Source: the human T2T-CHM13v2.0 reference genome, Homo sapiens. Taken from it: a DNA stretch of 64,000 nt. Positions 42,058 through 55,453 of this stretch are shown in pieces. Made by a program: the position numbers and the translations under genes. The notes below the pieces were generated by a model that saw nothing but the letters and a program-made list of their open reading frames with translations, had not been told where the DNA came from and searched no databases. The stretch's first letter is position 1; each line of letters begins with the position of its first letter. The stretch is from NCBI RefSeq assembly GCF_009914755.1, contig NC_060935.1; one strand, 5' to 3'.

Positions 42058-42740
42058 ATAGGCCCTTTGAAAAAACAGCACACTACTGCAAATTCCATGA
42101 GACAAGCAAAAAACTGAGTTCCCAAAGTGTGAGAGGGGGAAACCCTGACTCTAAACACACATTATCACTGGAAAATCTGAAAACCCAGATCACGGGAGAA
42201 GGATTTAATCTTACCTAGAACTAAAATGGATTTACGAAGTTGTACAAAAATATAAAAGTAGAAGCAGCAGTGGATGGTGCTTTGCAGGCATTCCCAGTCT
42301 CCAGCTTGAACCCAAGTAAGCTATCCCTGACTGTATCTCACAGGGTCCATCAGAGAAGGCAGCCAGAAGAACTGGGGAGTGGTCACAGGGTGAAGAAAGC
42401 TTCCAGCTGCAATTGGTAGTGGTTTTGACTGGGCAGCAATTTACTCGAGCAGAGTCCAGAGGATGAGCAGGAGCTGCTGCAGATATGAGTGTAGGAGGTC
42501 AGGAGTTGCTGATGGAGTGGGTAGATAGGGAGGGATGAGGTCCAAAGCCATGCTTGCTTTCTCAGCTGGGTAGATCACAGCATGGAGCAAGGTCTGAGCT
42601 GGGGGACACTGCAAGAGTAGGACCAGTGTTTCCAACTGCGTGAAAGCTGTGTGGGACCTCTGGCAACAGGCTATCCCCCACTTCCTGAGTGAATTATATG
42701 GCATAGCAAAGGTGGCCAAGATCCCCATTGGCCTGAGAAC

Positions 42741-43215
42741 TGATTGGACTCCGGTGAAGACTCCAAGATGGCGATGGGTAACCATCTTGGCTACCCTGAC
42801 TCAGCACTCCCGGATTCGCCAGTTCCCGCCATCCCAGTGGCCATCTTGGCCACCCTGACTTGGCATTTTCGCTTATTCCCGCCATTTATTCCTGCCCTCC
42901 CGACAGCCACCTCAGGTACCCTGACTCAGCATTTCCGGGTTCACCCTTCCTGTTCCTGCCACCTGGACCAACGCGCATGCCCACTAGGGCATGCCACACT
43001 CAGAAGTGGGAAACTCAACCGACCCCGCCCCTATCCTGCCCACTCCCCACCCAGCATCCATATAAGTGCGCTGCACCTCTGGCACAGCACGACTTCCCTG
43101 GCCCTCCCCCTGCAGACCAGTGAACCTCGCCCGAGAACTCACTAAAGAAGATTTTTGCCCTCTTTGTCTCGCCTCTTGGCCTTATTGATCCACGGTGCCC
43201 CTCCATTGCCTTTCA
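42741..43215 (+). mobile_element. CpG-rich solo LTR (475 bp), family uncertain (HERV-H/F group suspected)
   Basis: TG...CA ends, perfect 5-bp TSD agaac (42736-42740 / 43216-43220), TATAA at 43061, ACTAAA at 43141, U3 tandem repeats. Confidence 0.85.
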
Positions 43216-43493
43216 AGAACCATTCCCCCATTACCTACAGTGGCTGCAGCAAGCCCAACGCAAGGATAGTCTAAGCCCAGACTTGCCTAACCTTGTCCCC
43301 AGATAATGGTATTTCTCTACCCACCCTGGTAGCTGAACACAAAACATTGAAACTCTTGAGAGCTTTATGGCCCCTCCTACTACCTAAGAAACCAAAATAC
43401 TTACCCTGGCCAACTTAGGGCAAGCTTAGTTCCCCCTACAACTACTGTAGCTGGTGCTCTCTTGAAAGCACCACCTCCTGGCTGGAGGCCAAC

Positions 43494-44033
43494 TGTGATG
43501 ATTAATATTGTCAATTTGATTGGATTGAGAGATGCAAATTATTGTTCCTGAGTGTGTCTGTGAGGGTGTTGCCAAAGGAAATTAACATTTGAGTCAGTGG
43601 ACTGGGAGAGACAGACCATCCCTCAATCTGGGCGGGCACCATCTAATCAGCTGCCAGTGTGGCTAAATAAAGCAGGCATACGAAATTGGAAAGAGGAGAT
43701 TTGCTGAGTCTTCTGGCCTTCATCTTTCTCTCGTCCTGGATGCTTCCTGCCCTTGAACATCATTTTCCAGATTCTTCAGCTTTTGGTCTCTTGAACCTAC
43801 ACCAGTGGTTTGCCAGGGGTGCTCAAGACTTTGGCCACAGACTGAAGGCTGCACTGTTGGCTTCCCTATTATTGAGGTTTTGGAATTCAGACTGGCTTCC
43901 TTGCTCCTCAGCTTGCAGACAGCCTGTTGTGGGACTTCACCTTGTAATTGTGTGAGTCAATACCCATTAATAAACTCCCCTTCATACATACAACCATCTT
44001 ATTAGTTCTGTCCCTCTAGAGAATCCTAATACA
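43494..44033 (+). mobile_element. MLT2A (HERV-L) solo LTR
   Basis: tgtgatgattaatattgtcaatttgattggattg...gttctgtccctctagagaatcctaataca. Confidence 0.9.
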
Positions 44034-46326
44034 ACAAGCAACTCATGACAGAATAACCTCAATCTCAGGGAAAAGAAGACAACACCTAATTCCATTGCAT
44101 GCAAATTCCTGGTTAACCAGAGGTCCTGAGTCTGTCCATGTGACAATTTTACTGCTAGCATAACCGGCATTTGAGAAAGCCAGCACACTAAAGAGATCTA
44201 CAACAAAGAACTCTTACAGAGTCTACTTCACTCCCTGCCAACCCCAAGAAAGCAGGTGTTGGTATCCGCAGCTGGGAGACTTGAAGATGGATTGCATCAC
44301 AGTACTCTTTGCAGACATTCCCTAGCACCAGCCCAGAGCCTGGTTGTCCCCTGGGTGGCTGGACCCAGAAGAGCAACAACAACCCCTGCAGTAAGCCTCA
44401 CAGGAGCTCCATCCCTAGGAGAAGGGGGGAGTGCACCATATCAGGGAGACCACCTTGTGGGATGAAAGAATCTGAACATCAGACCTCGATTTCCTGACCT
44501 TTCCACTGAAACAGTCTACCCAAATGAGAAAAAAAAGGGGGAGAAGTAATTTTGGTAATACGACAAAAAATCGTTCTATAACTCCCCCAAAAGTTCACAC
44601 CAGCTTCCAAACAATAGCCAAAACAAGAAGAAATATTTGAATTGCTTGATAAAGAACTCTGAAGTTTGATTATTAAGCTACTCAAGGAGATACCAGAGAA
44701 AGTTAAAACCAACTTAAAGACATTTTTTAAAAAAAAATACAGCATATGGATGAAAAATTCTGAAGAGAAATAGACATCATAAAGAAAAAAACAATCAAAA
44801 CTTCTAGAAATGGAAGACACACTTAGAAAAATACAAAACATAGTGGAAAGTTTAAACAATAGACTAGAACAACCAGAAGAAAGAACTTCAGAGATAGAAG
44901 ACAAGGTTTTCAAATTAATGCAATTGGATAAAGACAAAAAAGAATAAAAAATAAACAAAGCCTCCAAGAAACTTGGGATTATGTTTAAATGGCCAAACCA
45001 AAGAATAACTAGTGTCTGTGAAGAAGAAGAGAAATACAAACATTTGGAACAGTTATTTGGGGAAACAATTGATGAAAATACCCCTGGCTTTGCTAGAGGT
45101 CTAGACATTCAAATACAAGAAGCTCAAGGAACACCTGGGAAATTCATGACAAAAAGATCATCGCCTAGGCACATAGTTATCAGATTATATAAAGTCAGGA
45201 TGAATGAAAGAATCTTAAAAGCTGTGAGGCAAAAGTATCAGCTAACCTGTAAAGGAAAGCCTATCAGATTAATGACAAATTTTTCAGCAGAAACCCAACA
45301 AGCCAGAAGGGACTGGGGTCCTATATTTAGCCTCTTTAAATGAAATAATTATCAACCAAGAATTTTGTATCTAGCAAAACTAAGCTTCATAAATGAAGGA
45401 GAGATAAAGATTTTTCAGACAAAGAAATCCTGAGAGAATTTGCCACTAATAAGCTAGTACTATAAGAAATGTTAAAAGGAGTTCTGATTCTTGAAACAAA
45501 CCTCAAAGTATACCAAAATAAAACCTACTTAAAGCGTAAATCTCAAAAGGCCTATAAAATAATAACACAATGGAAAAAACAGGGTATTTTGGCAACAACT
45601 AGCATGATAAATAGAGCATTACTTCACATCTCAATACTAACATTGAATGTAAATGGCATAAATATTCCACTTAAAAGGTACAGAATGGTAGAATGAAAAA
45701 AATCCACCAATCGAGTGTCTACTGTCTCAAGAGACTCACCTAACACATAAGGACTCACATAAACATAAGGTAAAGGGGTGGAAAAAGATATTCCACCAAA
45801 ATGGAAACCAAAAGTGAACAGAAGTAGCTATCCTTATATCAAATAAAACAGATTTTAAAGCAACAACACTTCAAAAAGACAATGAGAGATATTATATAAT
45901 GATAAAAGGATTAGTCCAACAGGAAAATGTAACAATCCTAAATATATATGCACCTAACACTGGAGCTCACAAATTTATAATATAAAAATCACTAGATCTA
46001 AGAAATGAAATAGACAGTGTCTATCTTTAAATGAGATTATGGTCTGTCTCATTTCTTAGGTCTAGTAATTTTTGTTTTATTAAATAATAGTGGGAGACTT
46101 CAACACCCCATTGACAGCACTAGACAGGTTATCAAGACAGAAAGTCAACAAAGAAACAATGGGCTTAAACTATACCCTAGAACAAATGGACTTAATGATA
46201 TTTACAGGACATTCTACCCAACAACTGCAAAATATACACTCTTTTCTTTAGCACATGGAACATTCTCCAAGACAACAGACCATATGATAGGTCACAAAAC
46301 AAGTCTTAATAAATTTAAGAAAATAT

Positions 46327-46634
46327 GGTTTGGCACAGTGGCTCACACCTGTAATCCCAGCACCTTGGGAGGCAAAGGCAGATGGATCGCTTGAGGTCAG
46401 GAGTTCAAGACTAGCCTGGTGAACATGGTGAAACTCCATCTCTACTAAAAATACAAAAAATTAGCTGAGAGTAGTTGTGTGTGCCCGTAGTCCCTGATAC
46501 TTGGGAAGCTGAGGCAGGTGAATCACTTGAACCCTGGAGGCAGAGAATTGCAGTGAGCTGAGATCATGCCCTTGCACCCCGCCTGGGCAAAAGAGCAAGA
46601 CTCTGTCTCACAAATTTGAATTAATTAATTAAAA
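46327..46634 (+). mobile_element. Alu (AluS) within L1
   Basis: Flanking repeat aataaatttaagaaaat (46308-46324 / 46635-46651). Confidence 0.93.
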
Positions 46635-48035
46635 AATAAATTTAAGAAAATCAAATTTATATCAAGTATCCTCTGAGAACATATTGGAATAAAATTAACT
46701 TCAAAAAGAAACCTTAAAACTATACAAATATATGGAAATTAAATAATCTGTTCTAGAATGATCTGTGGGTCAACAATGAAATCAAGGTTAAAATTTAAAA
46801 ATTATTTGAGCTGAATGATAATAGTGACACAACTTATCAAAACCTCTGAGATACAGCAAAAATGGTGCTAAGAGGAAAGTTCATAGCATCAAATACCTGC
46901 ACCAAAAAGTCTGAAAGAGCACAAATAGACAATCCAAGGTCACATTTTAGAGAATAGAGAAAAAAGAACAAACGAAACCCAACCCCAGCCAAAGAAAACA
47001 TCACTCACTGATGATATGATTATGTACCTAGAAAACCCTGAAGACTCATTCAAAAAGTTCCTAGATCTCATAAGTGAATTTAGTAAAGTTTCAGGATACA
47101 CACATCAATGTACACAAATCAGTAGCACTGCTGTACACCAACAATGACCAAGCTGAGAAACAAATAAGAACTCAATTTCTTTTATAATATTTGCAAAAAA
47201 TAAAATAAAATACTTAGGAATATACATATCCAAGGAGGTGAAAGAGCTCTACAAGCAAAACTACAAAACACTGCTGAAAGAAGTCAATGACAACACCAAC
47301 AAATGAAAACACATCCCATGCTCATGGATGGGTAGAATCAATATTGTAAAAATGACCATACTGCCAAAAGCAATCTACAGTTTCCATGCAATTCTCATTA
47401 AACTGCCATCATCATTCTTCACAGAACTAGAAAAAACAATCTTAAAATTCATATGGAACAAAAAAAGAGCCTGCATAGCTGAAGCAAGACTATGCAAAAA
47501 TAACAAATCTGGAGGCATCATATTACCAGACTTTATGCTATAAGGCTATGGTTACCAAAGCAGTATGGTATTAGTATAAAAATGGGCACATAGAACAATG
47601 GAACAGAATAGAGAACCCAGAAATAAAGCCAAAGACAGCCAACTGATCTTTGACAAAGCAAACATAAACATAAAGTAGGGAAAGGGCAACCTATTACAAA
47701 TGCTGCTGGGATAATTGGCAAGCTACATGTAGAAGAATAAAATTGGATCCTTATCTCTCACCTTATGCACAAATCAACTCAAGATGGATCAAAGACTTAA
47801 ATCTAAACATGAAACCATAAGTTTCCTAGAAGATAACATTGGAAGAACTCTTATAGACATTGGTTTAGGAAAAAAGTTCATGAAAAATAACCCAAAAGCA
47901 AAAGCAACAAAAACAAAAATAAATAAATGGGACCTAATTAAACTAAATAGCTTCTGCATAGCAAGGTAAATAATCAGTAGAGTAAGCAGACAACCCAAAG
48001 AATGGAAAAAAATATTTGCAAACTATGCATTTAAC

Positions 48036-48484
48036 TGTCATGGTTTGCCACTCTTACTACGGTTACCATGGGACTGAATGAAGGACGAACACAGAAATGA
48101 AAACTTAGAACATGAGAAACTATTTTAAAGAGAGGGTCCGGGGAAGAAGAAGAGGGCTCCTTGCTTCTAGTCTGCAAAGGTAGCCCTGAGATTCTACAGC
48201 CCTTCGTATTTATTGGGTAGAAACAGCAAGGAGGAGGAGGTAACGATTGGTCAGCTGCTTAATTGATCACAGGTTCACATTATTGCTAACAGGCTTCCGA
48301 TGTGCCTAATCACAAGAAACACTGTGCCTAGGGCAAGACTACCCTCAGCATTCCTTCTGGGCATCAGACATAGTTTGTCATTTTGCCAACATTCTGCATT
48401 TACGAGAATAGTTTGCTGTTTACTCATATAGCCTCCAGTGGTATACTGAGTTGATCACAACCCTCACTCTTTCGGACTACAACA
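48036..48484 (-). mobile_element. LTR3-type (HERV-K HML-6) solo LTR
   Basis: Minus strand starts TGTTGTAGTCCGAAAGAGTGAGGGTTGTGATCAACTCAGTATACCACTGGAGGC; 6-bp TSD tttaac / ttcaac. Confidence 0.85.
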
Positions 48485-49000
48485 TTCAACAATGGACTAA
48501 TATCCAGAATCTACAAGTAAATCAAGCAAATCAGCAAGAAGTGAACAAATAATCCCATCAAAAAGTGGACAAAGGTCATGAATAGACAACTCCAAAAGAA
48601 GATATACTTATGACCAAAAAAATATTTAAAAATGCTCAACATCACTAAGTATCTGGAAAATGCAAATCAAACCACAATGAGATTACCTTACTCCTGCAAG
48701 AATGACCATAATTTAAAAATAAAAAAAAAGTGTTGGCATGAATGTGGTGAAAAGGGAACACTTTCACACTGCTGGTAGGAGTGTAAACTGGTACAACCAC
48801 TTTGGAAAACAGTATGGAGATTTTTTAAATAAGTAAAAGTAGAACTTTCACTTGATCCAGCAATCCCACTCCTGGGTATCTACCCAGTGGAAAAGAAGTC
48901 ATTATGTGAAAAAGACACTTGCACATCCATGTTTAGAGCAGGGAAATTAGCAATTGCAGTAGTATGTAACCAGCCTAAATGTCCATCAACCAACTAGTGG

Positions 49001-49019
49001 ATAAAGAAAATGTGAGATC

Positions 49020-49051
<32 letters not shown>

Positions 49052-49285
49052 TATATATCTCATGAAATCCGAAAATCTGATTACTCATTGAAAATCTGAT
49101 ATATATAAAGAAAATGTGATATATATATGACAAAAAGTGGACTCATATAACCAGAATATGATATACATATCACATTTTCTTTATATATACCATATATATA
49201 TCAAATGATATATATAGATATCACGTTTTCTTTATCTATATATATATGTGTGTGTGTGTATATATATATATGTATATATATATAT
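49001..49285. repeat. (TA)n/(CA)n microsatellite with a complex direct and inverted patchwork
   Basis: ataaagaaaatgtga present twice in direct and twice in inverted orientation among TA repeats. Confidence 0.85.
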
Positions 49286-49765
49286 GATGGAATACTACTC
49301 ACTTATAAAAAGGAACAAAATAATGGCATTCACAGCAACCTGGATGGAGCTGGAGACCTTTATTCTAAGTGAAGTAACTCAGGAATGGAAAACCAAATAT
49401 CATATGTTCTCACTTATAAGTGGGAGCTAAACTATGAGGATACAAATAGGTAAGAATGACATAATGTATTTTGGGGACACAGGGAAAAGTGTGCAGTGTG
49501 GGCGAGGGATAAAAGGCTACACATTGAGTACAGTGTACACTGCTCAGGTGATGAGTGCACCAAAACCTCAGAAATTACCCCAATGAACTTATTCACATAA
49601 CCAGAAACCTCCTACTTCCCAAAAATTATTGAAATAAAAAACAATTAAAAAAATTTGAAAATTGGAAAATTTATATACACATGAAAAATTATCAAGTGAC
49701 ATTAATCTATATTATATATTTATTATAACAATATTACAAATTGATTATTAAACACAAAGTTGACA

Positions 49766-50689
49766 TCAATTCTCAAAGAGCTTATAGAAGGCATTTTTCA
49801 CCTCTTCGTTTCTTAAGCTGTAAATCAAAGGGTTAAGCATGGGGATTACTAAAGTGTAAAACACAGAAGCCATTTTATCAGTATCAAAGAAGTGAGTGGA
49901 ATTGGGCTGCATGTACATGAAGAGTAGAGACCCATAGAACACAACCACCACTGTCAAATGGGAACCACATGTGGAGAAAGCCTTTTTCCTGCCCTCTGCA
50001 GAATGCATTTGACATATAGCTAACAAAATCAACATGTAGGACACTAAGACTATCAGAAAGGAGGAGATCAAATTAAATACAGAAAATAGTATGCTCAACA
50101 ATTCTATTTCCTGTGCATTTGAGCAAAGCATAGGTAGCAAAGGAACATCATCACAGTAAAAATGACTGATGACATTAGAGCCACAGAAGGTCAATGTAAA
50201 AATCTTAATAGTGAACATCAGAGCCTGAAATGTGCTGTAGAGATATTGAATGCCCACCAGTACATGACACAGTCGCTGAGACATAATAACATAATAGAGC
50301 AGAGGGTTACAAATGGCCACATAGCGGTCATAGGCCATGGCTGACAGGATGAAAAATTCACTGATAATGAACATAAGGAAGAATGCCAGCTGTGCAGCAC
50401 ATGCATAATAGGAAATAGTATTTCGATCCACAACAAAATTTGCCAGCACCTTGGGACAAATGACAGTAGAATTACCAAGATCAACAAAAGCCAAATGTCT
50501 GATAGAAAAGTACATAGGTGTATGTAAGTGGGAGTCCAGTTTGGTCAAAATGATCATAGTTAGGTTGCCCACCACTGTGATTAGGTAGATGACGAGGAAG
50601 ACTCCAAAAAGGGGAATCTGCAGCTCAGGCCGCCTTGTGAGTTCCATCAGAATGAATTCAGTTAGCACTGTTAGATTGTGTTGGCCCAT
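49766..50689 (-). CDS. OR8K5: Olfactory receptor 8K5 (307 aa, intact)
   Basis: [51 protein letters not shown]-terminus YKLFEN. Confidence 0.93.
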   Translation of the reverse strand: MGQHNLTVLTEFILMELTRRPELQIPLFGVFLVIYLITVVGNLTMIILTKLDSHLHTPMYFSIRHLAFVDLGNSTVICPKVLANFVVDRNTISYYACAAQLAFFLMFIISEFFILSAMAYDRYVAICNPLLYYVIMSQRLCHVLVGIQYLYSTFQALMFTIKIFTLTFCGSNVISHFYCDDVPLLPMLCSNAQEIELLSILFSVFNLISSFLIVLVSYMLILLAICQMHSAEGRKKAFSTCGSHLTVVVVFYGSLLFMYMQPNSTHFFDTDKMASVFYTLVIPMLNPLIYSLRNEEVKNAFYKLFEN

Positions 50690-51081
50690 TTAGTCCAGTT
50701 ATCTCTTCTAGGAAGAAACAGTTGGGTTATTAGCTGTTCCATGTAGTGCTATTTAAACAAATTATAATATTTGTAGACAGAATAGATTGTTATTCACAAT
50801 AGATAATAGAAACATTATTTCTACATTTGATTCAGAAATGAAATATAAAGCAAAATTTTCTACTTTCCTAAAAGAGGAATTCATGTAAAATACATGCACT
50901 GAAACAACATAGATTAAATAGTTTCATCAATATTTGAAGTATATCGGTTAATAACACAGCCATATAGGTATTATTACAAAAAGATTATGCTCTTTTCATC
51001 TGCACAATGGTATCATGATTTTCTTTTGTTCACTTCCACTTTTGTTGTAAAACTTTTCTGTAATTTTGATATTCTCAAAGA

Positions 51082-51684
51082 CAGAGGTAGAGATGGCAAT
51101 AAGATAATGAAGGTTAAGATTTGGGGTCCCTCATTTGCACTTCCAGGGTCTTGTGTGGGGACTTACGAATGCACGCAAAAATGATATATCTTTGTAAAAT
51201 TTCAAATGTAAGATATAATAATCATGATCAATTAAGGCTGCTTTCTGTTTTCATTCCAACTTCTAGTATATCACACTTCAACTAATATCATAGTGACTTG
51301 ACATTTCTGCAAGCATTGTGGGATCTAGCTAAAGAAGGATTGAGTTAATAATAGTTTATTTGATGTTCAATGGATATGTTTATATCATTCAGACACTATG
51401 ATATTTATCACTGAATAATACTACCTATTCTGACTTAAGAATGTCTTCTAAGGATACTCTTGCCACCTGTATGCTGAGATGCATTTGGCATTTGATTAAT
51501 TAACATACTATATTAATAAATTTTATATAGTTTGTGGCCATGGGTTTGTTTACTAATTACAATTTAAAGCTAATTTTCTATTCTAAATAAATATTCCCAT
51601 TTATCTTTCAACTTGTATGTGTAATTTTATCTAAAAAGTCAAATTCTTCTAAGCTTCAAGACACATAATCTGGATCCACTTCTG
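51082..51684 (+). mobile_element. MER115/Zaphod-like hAT-Tip100 relic
   Basis: Ends cagaggtag... and ...ggatccacttctg (degenerate TIRs); internal similarity to recalled consensus. Confidence 0.6.
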
Positions 51685-53046
51685 CAAAAACATGATTTAA
51701 ATCAATATTCAGTGATGACTATTTAATTATATGTACTTTATTTTCTGTAATAAAACACTGTGAAGATGGTAGGTTCTATAAATCATTTAAATAATTTGAG
51801 AATTTAGGACATCATATATTAGTGAATGACTTTTTTTCTGGAATTGTACAGTGGAGTATTCATGGAGATATAATACTGTAATTAAAACTATTTCAATGAA
51901 AAGTACTTCTCCCTTTATTTAAAAAATACACGGGAAGTCAATAAAAGAAAGTGGAACGTCCCTGATACAGATAGTGAAGATGTCTTAGCCTATTCCACTT
52001 AAATTCCCCTCTCCTTCAGTTTCCACTCATTGAAAATCTGGAACTCTGTGAGAGTGACTTTCAATTGGAATAGTAACGGAATTTTCCACAGATCTAATGT
52101 AGAATAGATTTATTATAATGTAATGGAATGTCAGCTTTAGCCTGCACATCCCTCAGGTAGAAAACTCTGAAAACCCACCTAAAGATCCAAAACTACAGTT
52201 TGGAGCAGGTGCAGTCCACAGCCACACTGTGGCATTTGGCAACACTTCTAGGTATCTGCTCATTAGTGGGAGACATTTTGCCAACTTCATCTATGGACTA
52301 CAGATGTGGGAAGGGGGCAACAGTGGAGGTTAGTGACCCTCTTCCATTCCTTCTCCCTAAATGAAGCTGTCTGCTGTTTCTCCATTGAACTTCACCCCTC
52401 TTTTAGGTCTTTCTTTTCCCACAGATAAGAACCATGACTATTCTATTTCTAAAACTTTATCTTAAATTTGCAGTATTGCAGGAATTGCTCACATAGGGTT
52501 TTATGGTAGAATAGAAGATGCACTGAATTGCAAAGGAAATTCAGAATTCCAACATCAATCCCACCAATCTGAAGTCAATACTTTGCTTAAAATGGTTTTA
52601 GTTTTTATTCAGTCTATTTCCATTGTCACTGTCAATTATTATCTCCCTCTGAAGATTTCTCAATTTTGTATCCTACCTGTTTTTCTTATGGAAAAAAGTA
52701 TATTTCTAACGTATTTGAATAATTATGCATACATTTTAAATACCCTTGTTTAGGGATAACCAATAGAAAAGACAGGATAAAAAAGTATGCAAAGGAATTA
52801 TTTTTCAGTCTTTAGCCTTCATGAAATCTTTTAGGAATTAATGATAGTTCAGGGATTTATTGGTAACTCTATAACTTTAAAAATTATTTCTATTTATTTT
52901 ACAGTCTACTTAATCAGTTTGTAATGCCTATTGTTTAAAGGAAAACAATAGTAGTAACTCAGTAAAAATAAACCAAAAATATGCAAGTTTATATATGTAA
53001 TATCACTATCTAGAAATTATTTGAAGCTTGTAAAATGTTGTATAGA

Positions 53047-53285
53047 AAAACATGGACACAGGGAGGGGACACAGGAAGGGGAACACAGGGAGGGGAACAC
53101 CGGGGCCTCTCAGCGGGTGGGGGCTAGGGGAGGGATAACATCAGGAGAAAAACCTAATGTAGGTGACGGGTTGATGGGTGCAGCAAACCACCATGGCACA
53201 TGTATACCTATGTAACAAACCTGCACATTCTGCACAGGTACCCTAGAACTTAAAGTATAATTAAAAAAAGCAAGAAAAAAAGAAA
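53047..53285 (+). mobile_element. L1PA 3' end fragment
   Basis: gggtgcagcaaaccaccatggcacatgtatacctatgtaacaaacctgcac...ttaaagtataat plus A tail; triplicated acacagggagggg at the 5' junction. Confidence 0.9.
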
Positions 53286-53420
53286 ATACATATTTTAAAA
53301 CACTATTTTTGAAATATTTTATTACATGTGTTCATAGTACTTCCTGATTATATGAAAAATGGAGATGGAAATCTTGCATTGTATCTGGGAATCTTAACCT
53401 TTCTAGATTCTAATAGATGA

Positions 53421-53737
<317 letters not shown>

Positions 53738-54039
53738 TCATTGATGACTTGGTTTTGTATTTCTAATGTATTTGAATTTTTCTTCATTTGCTATATCTAA
53801 ATGCTACTATTGATTCTCACAAATCAATAGATCTAGGACCTCTGTTCAACTCATAGGATAATTCTCAAACATCACACTACTCCAGGGAACCCCGGTTATT
53901 AAGAGGGATACTGAATTTTTGTGGTGTATTTGAAGGAATCAACTATCAGTGACCCTACAAATGTCTATTGCCAGAATCTACAGCAATAGAAAATTACTCA
54001 CACCCAGGTAATAATCAAAATCAATGACAATTTTTGTCC

Positions 54040-54350
54040 ACTCACCTTTAATGAAGAATCAAATTGTCTTCTCTCAAATTACTTGTACTTTACCTTTGGA
54101 TAGGAAGAATTTATGGGCTTTCTCTTCTTTTTGGCATGTTCCTTAAGGAAGTAGTATATAATTCATTCAGATCATTATGCCCAAATCATCTGAGACACTT
54201 TAAAAAGCTGCCTTCATATGCATGCTAATTATCTAGCCCATCATACGTTTTCCCAGTGAGAATATATAAGGAACAATTCAAGAAAACAACATAAATGCTC
54301 TGAACAGATCCATGGGGACCTATGCGATGTAAAAGTACTCACTCAATTAC
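54040..54350 (-). promoter_or_regulatory. Candidate OR promoter / non-coding exon (OR8K5 side)
   Basis: Minus-strand donor aag|GTGAGT at 54045; TAATTA at 54226; O/E-like TCCCAGTGAG (54251) and TCCATGGGGA (54309). Confidence 0.3.
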
Positions 54351-54819
54351 ACTGAGTCAGCAATTAAAGTAACAATGAAAATACTTCATCATGCTGCCAT
54401 CAGCTTCAGCCTAGTAAAACTGGAATAGTTCCAAAGTCATGATGAAATTGTGACATATTATCATAAAAGATTCATTATTTGAATTTATTATTTATCTAAA
54501 AGTACATCATAGGCACTGAGTTAAAGATATATCTTTTAACCCTTACATGTGAGTTAGATAATACTATTCCTATGTTCAGAACACACCAATCTCAGACAAA
54601 CTATGTAATTTTCCAGAAGTCACATACTTGATAACTAGAATATTTGAAATTAGAACCTAATCTCTAAATAAGTGACATATATACTTAGTCCTTTCATATG
54701 GCAAGCCCATGCTAACAACTGTCCTATTTTCTGAGATAACACCACTGTTGGATAAAGTTTAGTACAACCTTATCAAGAGTAAGATCTACTGAAGATAGTA
54801 CACACCATCTCCCATGGTG

Positions 54820-55453
<634 letters not shown>

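Larger units (their letters stand above)
41389..49660 (+). mobile_element. Near full-length old L1 (L1PB-like) with an internal ORF2 deletion and five nested insertions
   Basis: L1PBa-type 5' end. ORF1 remnant (IQIQEAQGTPGK..RSSPRHIVIRL) and ORF2 remnants, with a jump at ~47000 to the ADDMI region. L1PB 3' end; flanking repeat catgaaaa(t)attatcaagtg at ~41369-41388 and ~49680-49698. Confidence 0.88.

Noticed and set aside
42441-43206. Cluster of overlapping 60-130 aa ORFs
   Set aside because: By-product of GC-rich LTR and L1 5'UTR sequence, with no recognisable protein motifs
44479-47998. L1 ORF1/ORF2 as active genes
   Set aside because: Many stops and frameshifts, an internal deletion and nested insertions
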